Origin: Pseudomonas aeruginosa
Lineage (GTDB): Bacteria > Pseudomonadota > Gammaproteobacteria > Pseudomonadales > Pseudomonadaceae
Reading direction: 5' to 3'
Assembly (NCBI RefSeq): GCF_001457615.1
Contig: NZ_LN831024.1
Coordinates: 810,001 to 842,000, forward strand
Length of the DNA: 32,000 bases
Shown here: one piece after another, positions 9,006 to 16,398 of the stretch
Layout of the letters: each line of letters starts with the position of its first letter
How positions within the stretch are numbered: the first letter of the stretch is position 1
Program-made: the position numbers and the translations under genes
The notes under the pieces: model-generated
What the model saw: the letters and a program-made list of their open reading frames with translations, nothing else
The model's database searches: none
What the model was told of the DNA's origin: nothing

Positions 9006-9029
9006 ACGGAGTCGTTCAAATATTTTTTA
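9006..9029 (-). promoter_or_regulatory. Candidate PvdS iron-starvation (IS) box for piv
   Basis: The minus strand reads TAAAA-N16-CGT, against the IS-box consensus TAAAT-N16-CGT, a one-base deviation. It lies about 70 nt upstream of the piv ATG. No exact TAAAT-N16-CGT occurs on the piv strand in 8936-9467. Confidence 0.4.
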
Positions 9030-9467
9030 TATTCGTTTCTGCTAGCTATTAAATATGAAGAAGCGTTTATGGATAGCAGAATAGATAGCTATTCCCCTCA
9101 CTTGTCATTGATGTTGGAGTGCTCTCTCTACCAACTAAAGTTTGGTCTGGAGTGCCGCTATAGAGCCTTCGGCTTGCTTCATAGAGGTGCTGGGTGTAGT
9201 GCGCGAGTGCTTTGCTGGTGCATCTGTCGATGTGATCGGGTTAACGAAATCCGGATTTTCAAGTTATCCGGTTTGACCAGTCCTGAATATAAGGCTGGGT
9301 GAATCTTTTATTCATCGCTCGGAAAACGTTCCGATGTCGGCTTGGTTGAATTCCAGGATATCCGGCTTATGGTCGTATCAGTCATCTTTATAATCGCGGG
9401 GCATATATAGAGCCCTGGCCGCTTACCATTACTCCAGGGTTTTCCAGGATACGCCTCCGTCTTTGTT

Positions 9468-10391
9468 TCAGAGCGGCGGATGCAACGGCGGCGCATGCCG
9501 CGCGATCAGTTCGGCGACCCACTCGATGAACACCCGCAGCTTGCCGCTGACGTGGCGGTTCGGCGGGAACGCCAGGTACAGCGGCATCGGCTCCAGGCTC
9601 CAGTCCTCGAACAGCGGCAGCAGCTCGCCGCGGGCGAGGGGCTCGCGCGCCATGTAGTGCGGCAGCCAGAGGATGCCCAGGCCGGCCAGCCCGGCCGCCA
9701 GGTAGGCGTTGCCGTCGTCCACCGCCAGCACATGACGGCCCGCCACCCGCAGGCATTCCTCGCCCCTGCGCATGGCGTAGGGCAGGGCCTTGCCGGTGCG
9801 CGCCCAGAGGAAGCCGACGATACGCTGGTGGCTGTCCTCCAGTTCGCGCGGGTGGCTCGGCACGCCGGCGCGCTGCAAGTAGGCCGGTGCCGCGTAGACC
9901 CCCAGTTGCAGGTCGCCGACCCGCCGCGCCATCAGCGACTGGTCGCGCAGTTCGCCGCCGCGGATGACGCAATCGACGTTCTCGTCGATCAGGTCGACGA
10001 GCCGATCGCTCACGCCCAGGTCGATCTGGATCTCCGGATAGCGCGCATGGAACTCGGGCAACGCCGGGATCAGCAGCAGCCGCGCCAGCGGGCTCGGTAC
10101 GTCGATCCGGAGACGCCCGCGGGGCGCCAGGGCGGCGCTGGAGAGGCTGGTCTCGGCATCGTCCAGTTCCGCCAGCAGACGTACCACCCGCTCGTAGTAG
10201 GCGGCGCCGTCGGCGGTCAGGTTGAGCTTGCGCGTGGTGCGGTTGAGCAGGCGTACCCGCAGCCGCGCTTCCAGTTGCTGGACCAACTGGGTGACGCTGG
10301 TGCGGCTCATGTGCAGCGTCTCCGCCGCCTTGGTGAAGCTGCCGGTCTCCACCACACGGGCAAAGGCCTGCATCGCATCGAAACGGTCCAT
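9468..10391 (-). CDS. LysR-family transcriptional regulator
   Basis: 307 aa with the N-terminal wHTH FTKAAETLHMSRTSVTQLVQQLEARLRVRLLNRTTRK and an LTTR substrate-binding domain. It is divergent from the RidA-like gene. Confidence 0.9.
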   Translation of the reverse strand: MDRFDAMQAFARVVETGSFTKAAETLHMSRTSVTQLVQQLEARLRVRLLNRTTRKLNLTADGAAYYERVVRLLAELDDAETSLSSAALAPRGRLRIDVPSPLARLLLIPALPEFHARYPEIQIDLGVSDRLVDLIDENVDCVIRGGELRDQSLMARRVGDLQLGVYAAPAYLQRAGVPSHPRELEDSHQRIVGFLWARTGKALPYAMRRGEECLRVAGRHVLAVDDGNAYLAAGLAGLGILWLPHYMAREPLARGELLPLFEDWSLEPMPLYLAFPPNRHVSGKLRVFIEWVAELIARHAPPLHPPL

Positions 10392-10414
10392 CGGGACTCC
10401 GGGTCGTCGGGGAT

Positions 10415-10433
10415 TGTTTGGATTCTACAAACA
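10415..10433. promoter_or_regulatory. Candidate LTTR binding site (TGTTTG-N7-CAAACA)
   Basis: Perfect 6-bp inverted arms containing a T-N11-A core, in the 140-bp divergent LysR/RidA intergenic region. It lies about 100 bp upstream of the RidA start. Confidence 0.4.
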
Positions 10434-10531
10434 GTCATGGCCAGGGTTGCGCGTTTATCCACGGCGCGCACGACCTTACCGTTCTTCCATCGACGATGAC
10501 GGGGCCGGGAGCCCCAGGATGGAGGTATCGC

Positions 10532-10930
10532 ATGACTGTACGCGACGTGGTTTTCCCCGCCGGCCGCCAGGCCCTCTACGAGCGCAACCGCTATTCCCCG
10601 GCGGTCCGCAGCGACGGCCTGCTGTTCGTCTCCGGCCAGGTCGGCAGCCGCGACGACGGCTCTCCCGAACCCGAGCTGGAGACCCAGGTCCGCCGCGCCT
10701 TCGACAATCTGAATGCGGTGCTCGCCGCGGCCGGTTGCGGGTTCGACGATGTGCTCGACGTCACCGTGTTCATGGTCGACGCCGAGGCCAACTTCGAGCG
10801 CATCTGGAAGATCGTCCCGGAGTACTGGGGCGAGGCGCCGTACCCCACGCTGACGGCGGTGGGGGTGAACTGGCTGTATGGCTTCAGCTTCGAGATCAAG
10901 GTGGTGGCGAGGTTGCCGGAGGGGCGGTGA
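10532..10930 (+). CDS. RidA/YjgF/TdcF-family reactive-intermediate deaminase-like protein
   Basis: ATG at 10532 with GGAGG at 10521-10525. The sequence LLFVSGQVG ... VLDVTVFM ... PTLTAVGV is typical of the family. The track ORF from 10418 adds an unlikely leader. Confidence 0.85.
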   Translation: MTVRDVVFPAGRQALYERNRYSPAVRSDGLLFVSGQVGSRDDGSPEPELETQVRRAFDNLNAVLAAAGCGFDDVLDVTVFMVDAEANFERIWKIVPEYWGEAPYPTLTAVGVNWLYGFSFEIKVVARLPEGR

Positions 10931-10961
10931 GAGCCGATGCGCAGTGCCGGGGCCAGCTCGG

Positions 10962-11762
10962 CTAGCGCCGGGGCTCTGAGGGACGCCGCAGGCTTACCCA
11001 GGCCGGCGCGTGGTCGCTGGCGTGCTCCTCGCCGCGCACCCAGCGATCCACCCCGGCGTCTTCCAGGTGGTCCGCCAGGCTGGCGCTGAGCAGCAGGTGG
11101 TCGATGCGCAGCCCGGCGTCGCGTTGCCAGTGCTGGCGGAAGTAGTCCCAGAAGGTATAGAGGCGCCGGTCGGGGAAACGCTGGCGTAGCGCGTCCACCC
11201 AGCCCTGCCGCAGGAGGCGCTCGAAGCACTCGCGGGACTCCGGCTGGAGCAGGGCGTCCTTTTTCCAGGAGCGGGTGTCGTAGATATCGAAGTCGCTGGG
11301 CACCACGTTGAAGTCGCCGGCCAGCACCACCGGATGGCCGCTCTCCATCAGCTCGGCGGCGTGTCGGATGAGGTGCTCGAACCAGGCCAGCTTGTAGTCG
11401 AACTTCGGTCCCGGCTGGGGATTGCCATTGGGCAGGTACAGGCTGGCCACCAGCAGGCCGTCGACGGCCGCTTCGAGGTAGCGGCTGTGGGGATCGCTGG
11501 CGTTGCCCGGCAGGCCGCGGCGTACCTCCAGCGGCTGGCTGTCGCGGGCGAGGATGGCGACGCCGTTCCACGCCGACTGGCCCTGCCAGATCGCGCCGTA
11601 TCCGGCCTTCTCCAGCGCCGCGGCGGGGAAGCGCGCGTCGGGCGTCTTCAGTTCCTGCAGGCAGACGATGTCCGGCGCTTCCCGCTCCAGCCAGGCCAGC
11701 AGCGCGGCCAGCCGGGTCTGGATGCCGTTGACGTTGAAGGTGGCGATCTTCAGGGTGTCCAC
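10962..11762 (-). CDS. Exodeoxyribonuclease III / AP endonuclease (EEP superfamily)
   Basis: KIATFNVNGI ... CLQELK ... SDHAP are ExoIII hallmarks. I place the start at the GTG at 11762, with GGAGG 8 nt upstream. The track ATG at 11840 would overlap the upstream gene and adds an Arg/Pro-rich tail. Confidence 0.85.
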   Translation of the reverse strand: MDTLKIATFNVNGIQTRLAALLAWLEREAPDIVCLQELKTPDARFPAAALEKAGYGAIWQGQSAWNGVAILARDSQPLEVRRGLPGNASDPHSRYLEAAVDGLLVASLYLPNGNPQPGPKFDYKLAWFEHLIRHAAELMESGHPVVLAGDFNVVPSDFDIYDTRSWKKDALLQPESRECFERLLRQGWVDALRQRFPDRRLYTFWDYFRQHWQRDAGLRIDHLLLSASLADHLEDAGVDRWVRGEEHASDHAPAWVSLRRPSEPRR

Positions 11763-11784
11763 CGGTCGCCTCCGCGAATGACGA

Positions 11785-12348
11785 TCAGGCGGCCGCCTGC
11801 AGGGCTTCGCCGATGGCTTCGTTGAACGCCTGCAAGTCACCCGGGTTGCGCGAGGTGATCAGGGTCCAGCCGTTCGCCGGGCAGACTTTCACCCGCGTGT
11901 CGACCCAGTCCGCGCCGGCGTTGGTCAGGTCGATACGCACGCTGGAATAGGAGGTCAGGGTCTTGCCGCGGGCGACACCGGCGTCGATCAGCAGCCAGGG
12001 GCCGTGGCAGATGGCGGCGACCGTCTTGCCTGCGTCGCTGAATTCCCTGACCAGGCGCCGGGCCTCGCTGTCCTGGCGTAGGGTGTCGGCATTCACCGTG
12101 CCGCCGGGGACCAGCAGCAAGTCGTAGTCCTCGGCGCGCAGGCCTTGCAGCCTGGCGTCGGAATTGACGATCAGGTCCTTCTCGCTGTCGTGCACCCAGG
12201 TCTGCGCTTCGCCGCCCTCGATGGTCGCGTGGGTGACCGTGGCGCCCTGTTGCTTCAGGGTCTTCAGCGGTTCGAGCAGCTCGTCGCGCTCGATGCCGGT
12301 GTTGGCGGTGATGACCAGGACGTTCTTGCCTTGCAGCTTCGCGCTCAT
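11785..12348 (-). CDS. DJ-1/PfpI-family protein (intracellular protease / glyoxalase III / deglycase-like)
   Basis: 187 aa with the nucleophile-elbow motif AAICHGPWLL and GGAG upstream of the ATG. It ends 22 nt before the ExoIII start on the same strand. Confidence 0.9.
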   Translation of the reverse strand: MSAKLQGKNVLVITANTGIERDELLEPLKTLKQQGATVTHATIEGGEAQTWVHDSEKDLIVNSDARLQGLRAEDYDLLLVPGGTVNADTLRQDSEARRLVREFSDAGKTVAAICHGPWLLIDAGVARGKTLTSYSSVRIDLTNAGADWVDTRVKVCPANGWTLITSRNPGDLQAFNEAIGEALQAAA

Positions 12349-12366
12349 GGTTTTCTCCTCTGCTGG

Positions 12367-12385
12367 GGCGCCCGTGGCGGGCGCC
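12367..12385 (-). other. Stable GC hairpin just 5' of the PfpI ribosome-binding site
   Basis: GGCGCCCG, a 3-nt loop, then CGGGCGCC, giving a perfect 8-bp stem. It sits 18 nt upstream of the ATG at 12348, inside the 135-bp gap after the flavoprotein gene. No U-tract follows. Confidence 0.4.
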
Positions 12386-12483
12386 GTGGCGTGACATGCA
12401 GGAGAGTGGAAAGCTGGAGCGCCGGGGAGTTCGAAAGATTTGCCGGGCGGTGGGCCGGATCCTTGGCCTGTCAGCCTCCGGCG

Positions 12484-13371
12484 TCAGCGGAACAGCAGCG
12501 AATGATGCGCCGCGCCACCGGTGCGCGCGCCGTCGCCCACCGCGATGGCGACGTTGCCGGCCGGCAGCGCCGCGTCGCCGCAGGCGAAGACGCCGGGAAC
12601 GCTGGTTTCGCGCATGCCGTCGGTCCTGATGAACGGCCCGCTCGGGCCGTCCTCGAACTCGCAGCCGAGCAACGCCGCCAGCGGGCTGGCCATGCGCGTA
12701 CGCGGCTGGGTGAACAACCCCGCGAGCGTAATCGTGCGGCCACTGGCCAGGGTCACGTCGGCGCGCGCGCCGCCCAGCGCGACCACGGCTTCGCGCTCGA
12801 TCGTCACGCCGCGCCGGTCCAGCCTGGACATTTGCTCGGCATCCGGTTCGAAGACGCCGTTGAGGAAAAAGGTGGTCGCTCCCCAGTCGGGCAACATCAG
12901 GGCGTGGTGGATGGCCAGCGGCGAGGCCGCCAGTACGCCAATCGGCCCGCCGTCCAGTTCGTAGCCGTGGCAATACGGGCAATGGAACACGTGCCGTCCC
13001 CAGCGCTCGGCAAGACCGGGGATCTCCGGCAGCTCGTCGGCGACCCCGCTGGCGAGGATCAGCCGGCGCGCGGTGAAACGTTCTCCGTTGGCGGCCTTCA
13101 CCACGAAACCGTCCGCCTCCTTCTTCGCCGCGACGGCGGCTTCGGACAGCCACTCGACGCTGGGATAGGCCAGCAACTGCGCGCGGGCGTCATCGGCGAT
13201 GGCCGCCGGATCGCGGCCGTCCTGGCCGAGAAAGCCGTGGGAGGCCCGGGCGAAGCGGTTGCGTCGCAGTCCCGTATCCATCACCAGCACCCTGCGCCGC
13301 GCCCGCGCCAGTTGCATGCCCGCGGAGATGCCGGCGTAGCTGCCACCCACGATGATCACGTCGAAAGTCAT
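12484..13371 (-). CDS. Thioredoxin-reductase-like FAD/NAD(P)-dependent disulfide oxidoreductase
   Basis: FDVIIVGGSYAG is a dinucleotide-binding GxGxxG motif. The redox motif is HCPYCHG, and the C-terminal FAD motif is GVFACGDA. ATG at 13371 with GGGAGA upstream. Confidence 0.85.
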   Translation of the reverse strand: MTFDVIIVGGSYAGISAGMQLARARRRVLVMDTGLRRNRFARASHGFLGQDGRDPAAIADDARAQLLAYPSVEWLSEAAVAAKKEADGFVVKAANGERFTARRLILASGVADELPEIPGLAERWGRHVFHCPYCHGYELDGGPIGVLAASPLAIHHALMLPDWGATTFFLNGVFEPDAEQMSRLDRRGVTIEREAVVALGGARADVTLASGRTITLAGLFTQPRTRMASPLAALLGCEFEDGPSGPFIRTDGMRETSVPGVFACGDAALPAGNVAIAVGDGARTGGAAHHSLLFR

Positions 13372-13496
13372 GGCGTATCTCCCATTCGGATAGTCACGAA
13401 ACAACGTAAGTTTCATGAGATGCGCTTGTCAACGCTCTCGTAACTTTTTCTGTAGCGAGACATACTCATGGTCTTTCCGTCACGAGCCCGCCGTTC

Positions 13497-13925
13497 ATGA
13501 GAAACGACACCCGCCTCTCGCGCATGCTCCATGTGCTGATCCATATGGCCCGCCACGAAGGGCCGGCGACGTCCGAAGCCATCGGGCAGATGCTCGGCAC
13601 CAACCCGGTGGTGGTGCGACGGACCATGGCGCTGCTGAAGAACGAAGGCTACGTGAGTTCGGAGAAGGGCCATCGCGGCGGTTGGCGGCTGGCCAAGCCG
13701 TTGGCGGACATCACCTTGCTGGATATCCACCAGGCGCTGGGAGCGTCCTCGATCTTCGCCATCGGCCTGTCTACCGATCATCCGGAATGCCTGGTCGAGC
13801 AGGCGGTCAACGAAGCGCTCGGCGAGGCGTTCGAGGCGGCGCAGGCGTTGCTCCTGGAGCGCCTGGGGAGCGTCACGCTGGAGCAGTTGGCGAGCGAGTT
13901 CGAGCGCCGCTATCGGCCCTGCTGA
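13497..13925 (+). CDS. Rrf2-family transcriptional regulator
   Basis: 142 aa. RLSRMLHVLIHMAR ... SEAIGQMLGTNPVVVRRTMALLKNEGYV ... GGWRLAKP is a typical Rrf2 wHTH. It is divergent from the flavoprotein gene. Confidence 0.9.
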   Translation: MRNDTRLSRMLHVLIHMARHEGPATSEAIGQMLGTNPVVVRRTMALLKNEGYVSSEKGHRGGWRLAKPLADITLLDIHQALGASSIFAIGLSTDHPECLVEQAVNEALGEAFEAAQALLLERLGSVTLEQLASEFERRYRPC

Positions 13926-13949
13926 GGCGCCTCGAAGGGCCGTTCGGAC

Positions 13950-13983
13950 ACCGCCGCCGCGCCTGCGGAGGCACGCCGGCGGT
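13950..13983. terminator. Long imperfect hairpin between convergent Rrf2 and fpvB genes
   Basis: Pairing of 13950-13964 with 13969-13983 gives 13 of 15 base pairs around a GCGG tetraloop. The hairpin occupies the 64-bp gap between stops at 13925 and 13990. There is no U-tract. Confidence 0.45.
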
Positions 13984-13989
13984 CCGGGA

Positions 13990-16398
13990 TCAGAGCGAGT
14001 ACTTCACCGTGAACATCAGGTTGCGCGGCTCGCCGTAGTTGAGGTTGCCGAAGTCGATGCCGCTGTAATAGTACTTGTCGAACAGGTTGTTGAAGTTCAG
14101 CCGCGTGTCGATCCGTTCGTTGACCTTGTAGCCGAGCATGGTGTTGACCACGGTGTAGCCGCCCTGCTGGAAACCGGTGCTGCTGTCCTCGGTCTTGCTC
14201 TGGGTGGCCAGGTCGCCGCCGACGCGCCATTTGTGCAGTTCGCCGGGTAGCGTATAGCTGGTGGCGAGCTTGAACAGGTGGCGTGGCTTGGCCGCGTCGA
14301 ATGGCTTGCCCTCGTTGGCCTTGTTGCTGTCGTGCTTGTACTTGGCGTCGACGTAGGTATAGCCGGCCATCATCTGCCAGTCGTCGCTCAGCGCACCGCT
14401 CAGCTCCAGGTCGACGCCCTGGCTGCGGACCTTGCCCGAAGCGCGCGAGCAATAGCGCGAGGTGGGGCTGAAGGGGCATGGCGAGGGGCCGCCGACGTCC
14501 TCGGTGGCGCGGTTTTCCTGGTCGATCTGGAACAGCGCGATCTGCGAATTGAGCGCGCCGCCGAAGTGTTCGCCCTTCAGGCCGATCTCGTAGTTCTTGC
14601 CGGTGATCGGGTCGAGCAGGCCGCCGCCGGCGTCGAAGTTGCTCTGCGGCTTGAAGATGTCGGTATAGCTGGCGTAGACCGAGTAGGTCTGGTTCAGGTC
14701 GTAGATCACCCCGGCATAGCGGGTGACGTTGCGGGTGACCTTGTAGCTGTCGGTATCGGCGTCGGCCTTGTACCAGTCCAGGCGCCCGCCGAGGATCACT
14801 TTCAGCGGGTCGGCGAGGTTCAACCGGGTGGTGAGGTAGGCGCCTTTCTGTTCCTGGTCGAGCTTCATGCCCCACAGGCTGGTGTTCAGCCTCGGCTTGA
14901 GAGTCGAGCTCGGGTCCCACTGGGTCGGGTCCATCGGCCCGGTGGGGGTGCCGTCCTTGTTGAACAGGCTGCCCCAGCCGCCGTGGCCGTCGAAGCGTTC
15001 CTGGCGATAGCTGGCGCCGACCACCAGCTCGTGCTCGCGGCCGAGCAACTGGAAGGGACCGTTGGCATAGGCGTCATAGCTGTCGTGGTCGTCGGTGTAG
15101 CTGTAGTCGCCGGGGTTCTGGGTCATGCTGGCGCAGCCGGTGGTCGAGTAGTAGCAGTCGTTGTACAGCCCGAGCATGTTGATTCGCGCCCACAGCTTGT
15201 CGGCGGCCAGCTTCATCTGCCAACCGTTGGCGAAGCGGTGGGTCAGGTCGCTGAACAGGTGGGTGGTGTCGGTATCCCAGTAGGACCAGTCGGCGCCGTA
15301 ATAGGACGAGCGCTTGAGGTCCAGGTGGCGGCCGCCCAGCGGGCTGGGCAGGCCTACCCAGTTGTCGTTGCGGTTGTCGTTCTGGTTCGAGGCGCCGATG
15401 GCGAAGGTGGTGTCCGGGCTCAGGTCGGCTTCGGCGATCCCGTAGAACACGCCGCGTTCGCTGCTGACGTGGTCCTGGAAGCTGTTGCCTTTCTGGTAGG
15501 CGACCACCGCGCGGCCGCGCAGGGTTCCTTCGCTGTTCAGCGGGCCGGAAACGTCGGCCTCGCTGCGATAGCGGTCCCAGGTGCCGACGCTGCCTTGCAG
15601 GGAGGCGCGGAAGTCCTGGGTCGGACGCTTGCGCACCATGTTGATCGCCGCCGCCGGGTTGCCTGCGCCCTGCATCAGTCCGGTGGCGCCGCGCACCACT
15701 TCGACGCGGTCGAACATGGCCAGGTCGGCGGCGGAAATGACGTCCTGGGTATAGGTGGAAATGCTCGTCGGCAGGCCGTCGTACATGATGTTGTCGACGT
15801 CGAAGCCGCGCGCCGCGTACTTCACCCGGGCCGGCCCGTACTGTTGCACGGTGAGGCCGGTGACGCCCTTCACCGCGTCGTTGAGGTCGCGCATGCCCTG
15901 GTCGTCCATGCGCTGGCGGGTGACCACGCTGACCGACTGAGGGGTCTCGCGGATCGACATCGCCAGCTTGGTCGAGGTGCGCATCGCCCGCGTGGTGTAG
16001 GAGCCGCTGTCTTCGGTGATGGCGGCGGTGGCCGGGTCCTGGGTGGCGACCACGCTGAGCGCGCCGAGGTCGACGCTGTCGCCGGGGGCGATGCCGGCAC
16101 CTGTCGCCGCGGCCTCGACCCAGGCGTCGCCGCCCCGTACCTCCCCGCTCAGTCCGGAACCTGCGAGCAGACGCTGCAGTGCCTCGCTTGGCTCCAGCGT
16201 GCCGCGTAGGGCCGGTGCGCGCCGGTCGGCCACGGCCGCGCGGTCGAAACGGATGCGCAGGCCGCTGGCGCCCTGCAATTGCTCGAGGGATGCGGCCAGG
16301 GGCTGGGCGGGAAGGTCAAGGGCGATGGGAGCGGCCTGGGCGGCCAGGGAAAGCGAGGAGAGACCGAGCAATAACGCACTGGAAACGACGTGTTTCAT
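13990..16398 (-). CDS. fpvB: TonB-dependent siderophore receptor with N-terminal signalling (STN) domain; alternative ferripyoverdine receptor
   Basis: 802 aa with a signal peptide ending AAQA. The FpvA/FecA-like N-terminal extension is LDLPAQPLAASLEQL...LRIRFDR...LRGTLEPSEALQRLLAGSGL, followed by plug and barrel domains. The symbol comes from recognition and PAO1 context (PA4168, recalled). Confidence 0.92.
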   Translation of the reverse strand: MKHVVSSALLLGLSSLSLAAQAAPIALDLPAQPLAASLEQLQGASGLRIRFDRAAVADRRAPALRGTLEPSEALQRLLAGSGLSGEVRGGDAWVEAAATGAGIAPGDSVDLGALSVVATQDPATAAITEDSGSYTTRAMRTSTKLAMSIRETPQSVSVVTRQRMDDQGMRDLNDAVKGVTGLTVQQYGPARVKYAARGFDVDNIMYDGLPTSISTYTQDVISAADLAMFDRVEVVRGATGLMQGAGNPAAAINMVRKRPTQDFRASLQGSVGTWDRYRSEADVSGPLNSEGTLRGRAVVAYQKGNSFQDHVSSERGVFYGIAEADLSPDTTFAIGASNQNDNRNDNWVGLPSPLGGRHLDLKRSSYYGADWSYWDTDTTHLFSDLTHRFANGWQMKLAADKLWARINMLGLYNDCYYSTTGCASMTQNPGDYSYTDDHDSYDAYANGPFQLLGREHELVVGASYRQERFDGHGGWGSLFNKDGTPTGPMDPTQWDPSSTLKPRLNTSLWGMKLDQEQKGAYLTTRLNLADPLKVILGGRLDWYKADADTDSYKVTRNVTRYAGVIYDLNQTYSVYASYTDIFKPQSNFDAGGGLLDPITGKNYEIGLKGEHFGGALNSQIALFQIDQENRATEDVGGPSPCPFSPTSRYCSRASGKVRSQGVDLELSGALSDDWQMMAGYTYVDAKYKHDSNKANEGKPFDAAKPRHLFKLATSYTLPGELHKWRVGGDLATQSKTEDSSTGFQQGGYTVVNTMLGYKVNERIDTRLNFNNLFDKYYYSGIDFGNLNYGEPRNLMFTVKYSL

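Noticed and set aside
9122-9152. Possible las/rhl (CT-N12-AG) box around CTACCAACTAAAGTTTGGTCTGGAG
   Set aside because: I checked each CT in 9122-9136, and none is followed by AG after exactly 12 nt. Only loose dyad symmetry is present.
8751-9302. 183-aa plus-strand ORF, and its internal 78-codon Cys-rich ORF from the ATG at 9069, in the AT-rich tract
   Set aside because: The 5' half is antisense to piv. The internal ORF has no convincing Shine-Dalgarno sequence, has odd composition and shows no family resemblance. The 25-codon minus-strand ORF from 9385 is equally unsupported. These could be revisited only with ribosome-profiling evidence.
8936-9467. AT-rich tract as a horizontally acquired islet or mobile-element remnant
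   Set aside because: There is no integrase or transposase, no tRNA, and no flanking direct or inverted terminal repeats. It contains no gene cargo. A regulatory region is the simpler explanation.
14278-16209. 643-aa plus-strand ORF antisense to fpvB
   Set aside because: It has antisense-frame composition (V/A/G/R runs). The fpvB frame carries all the receptor motifs.
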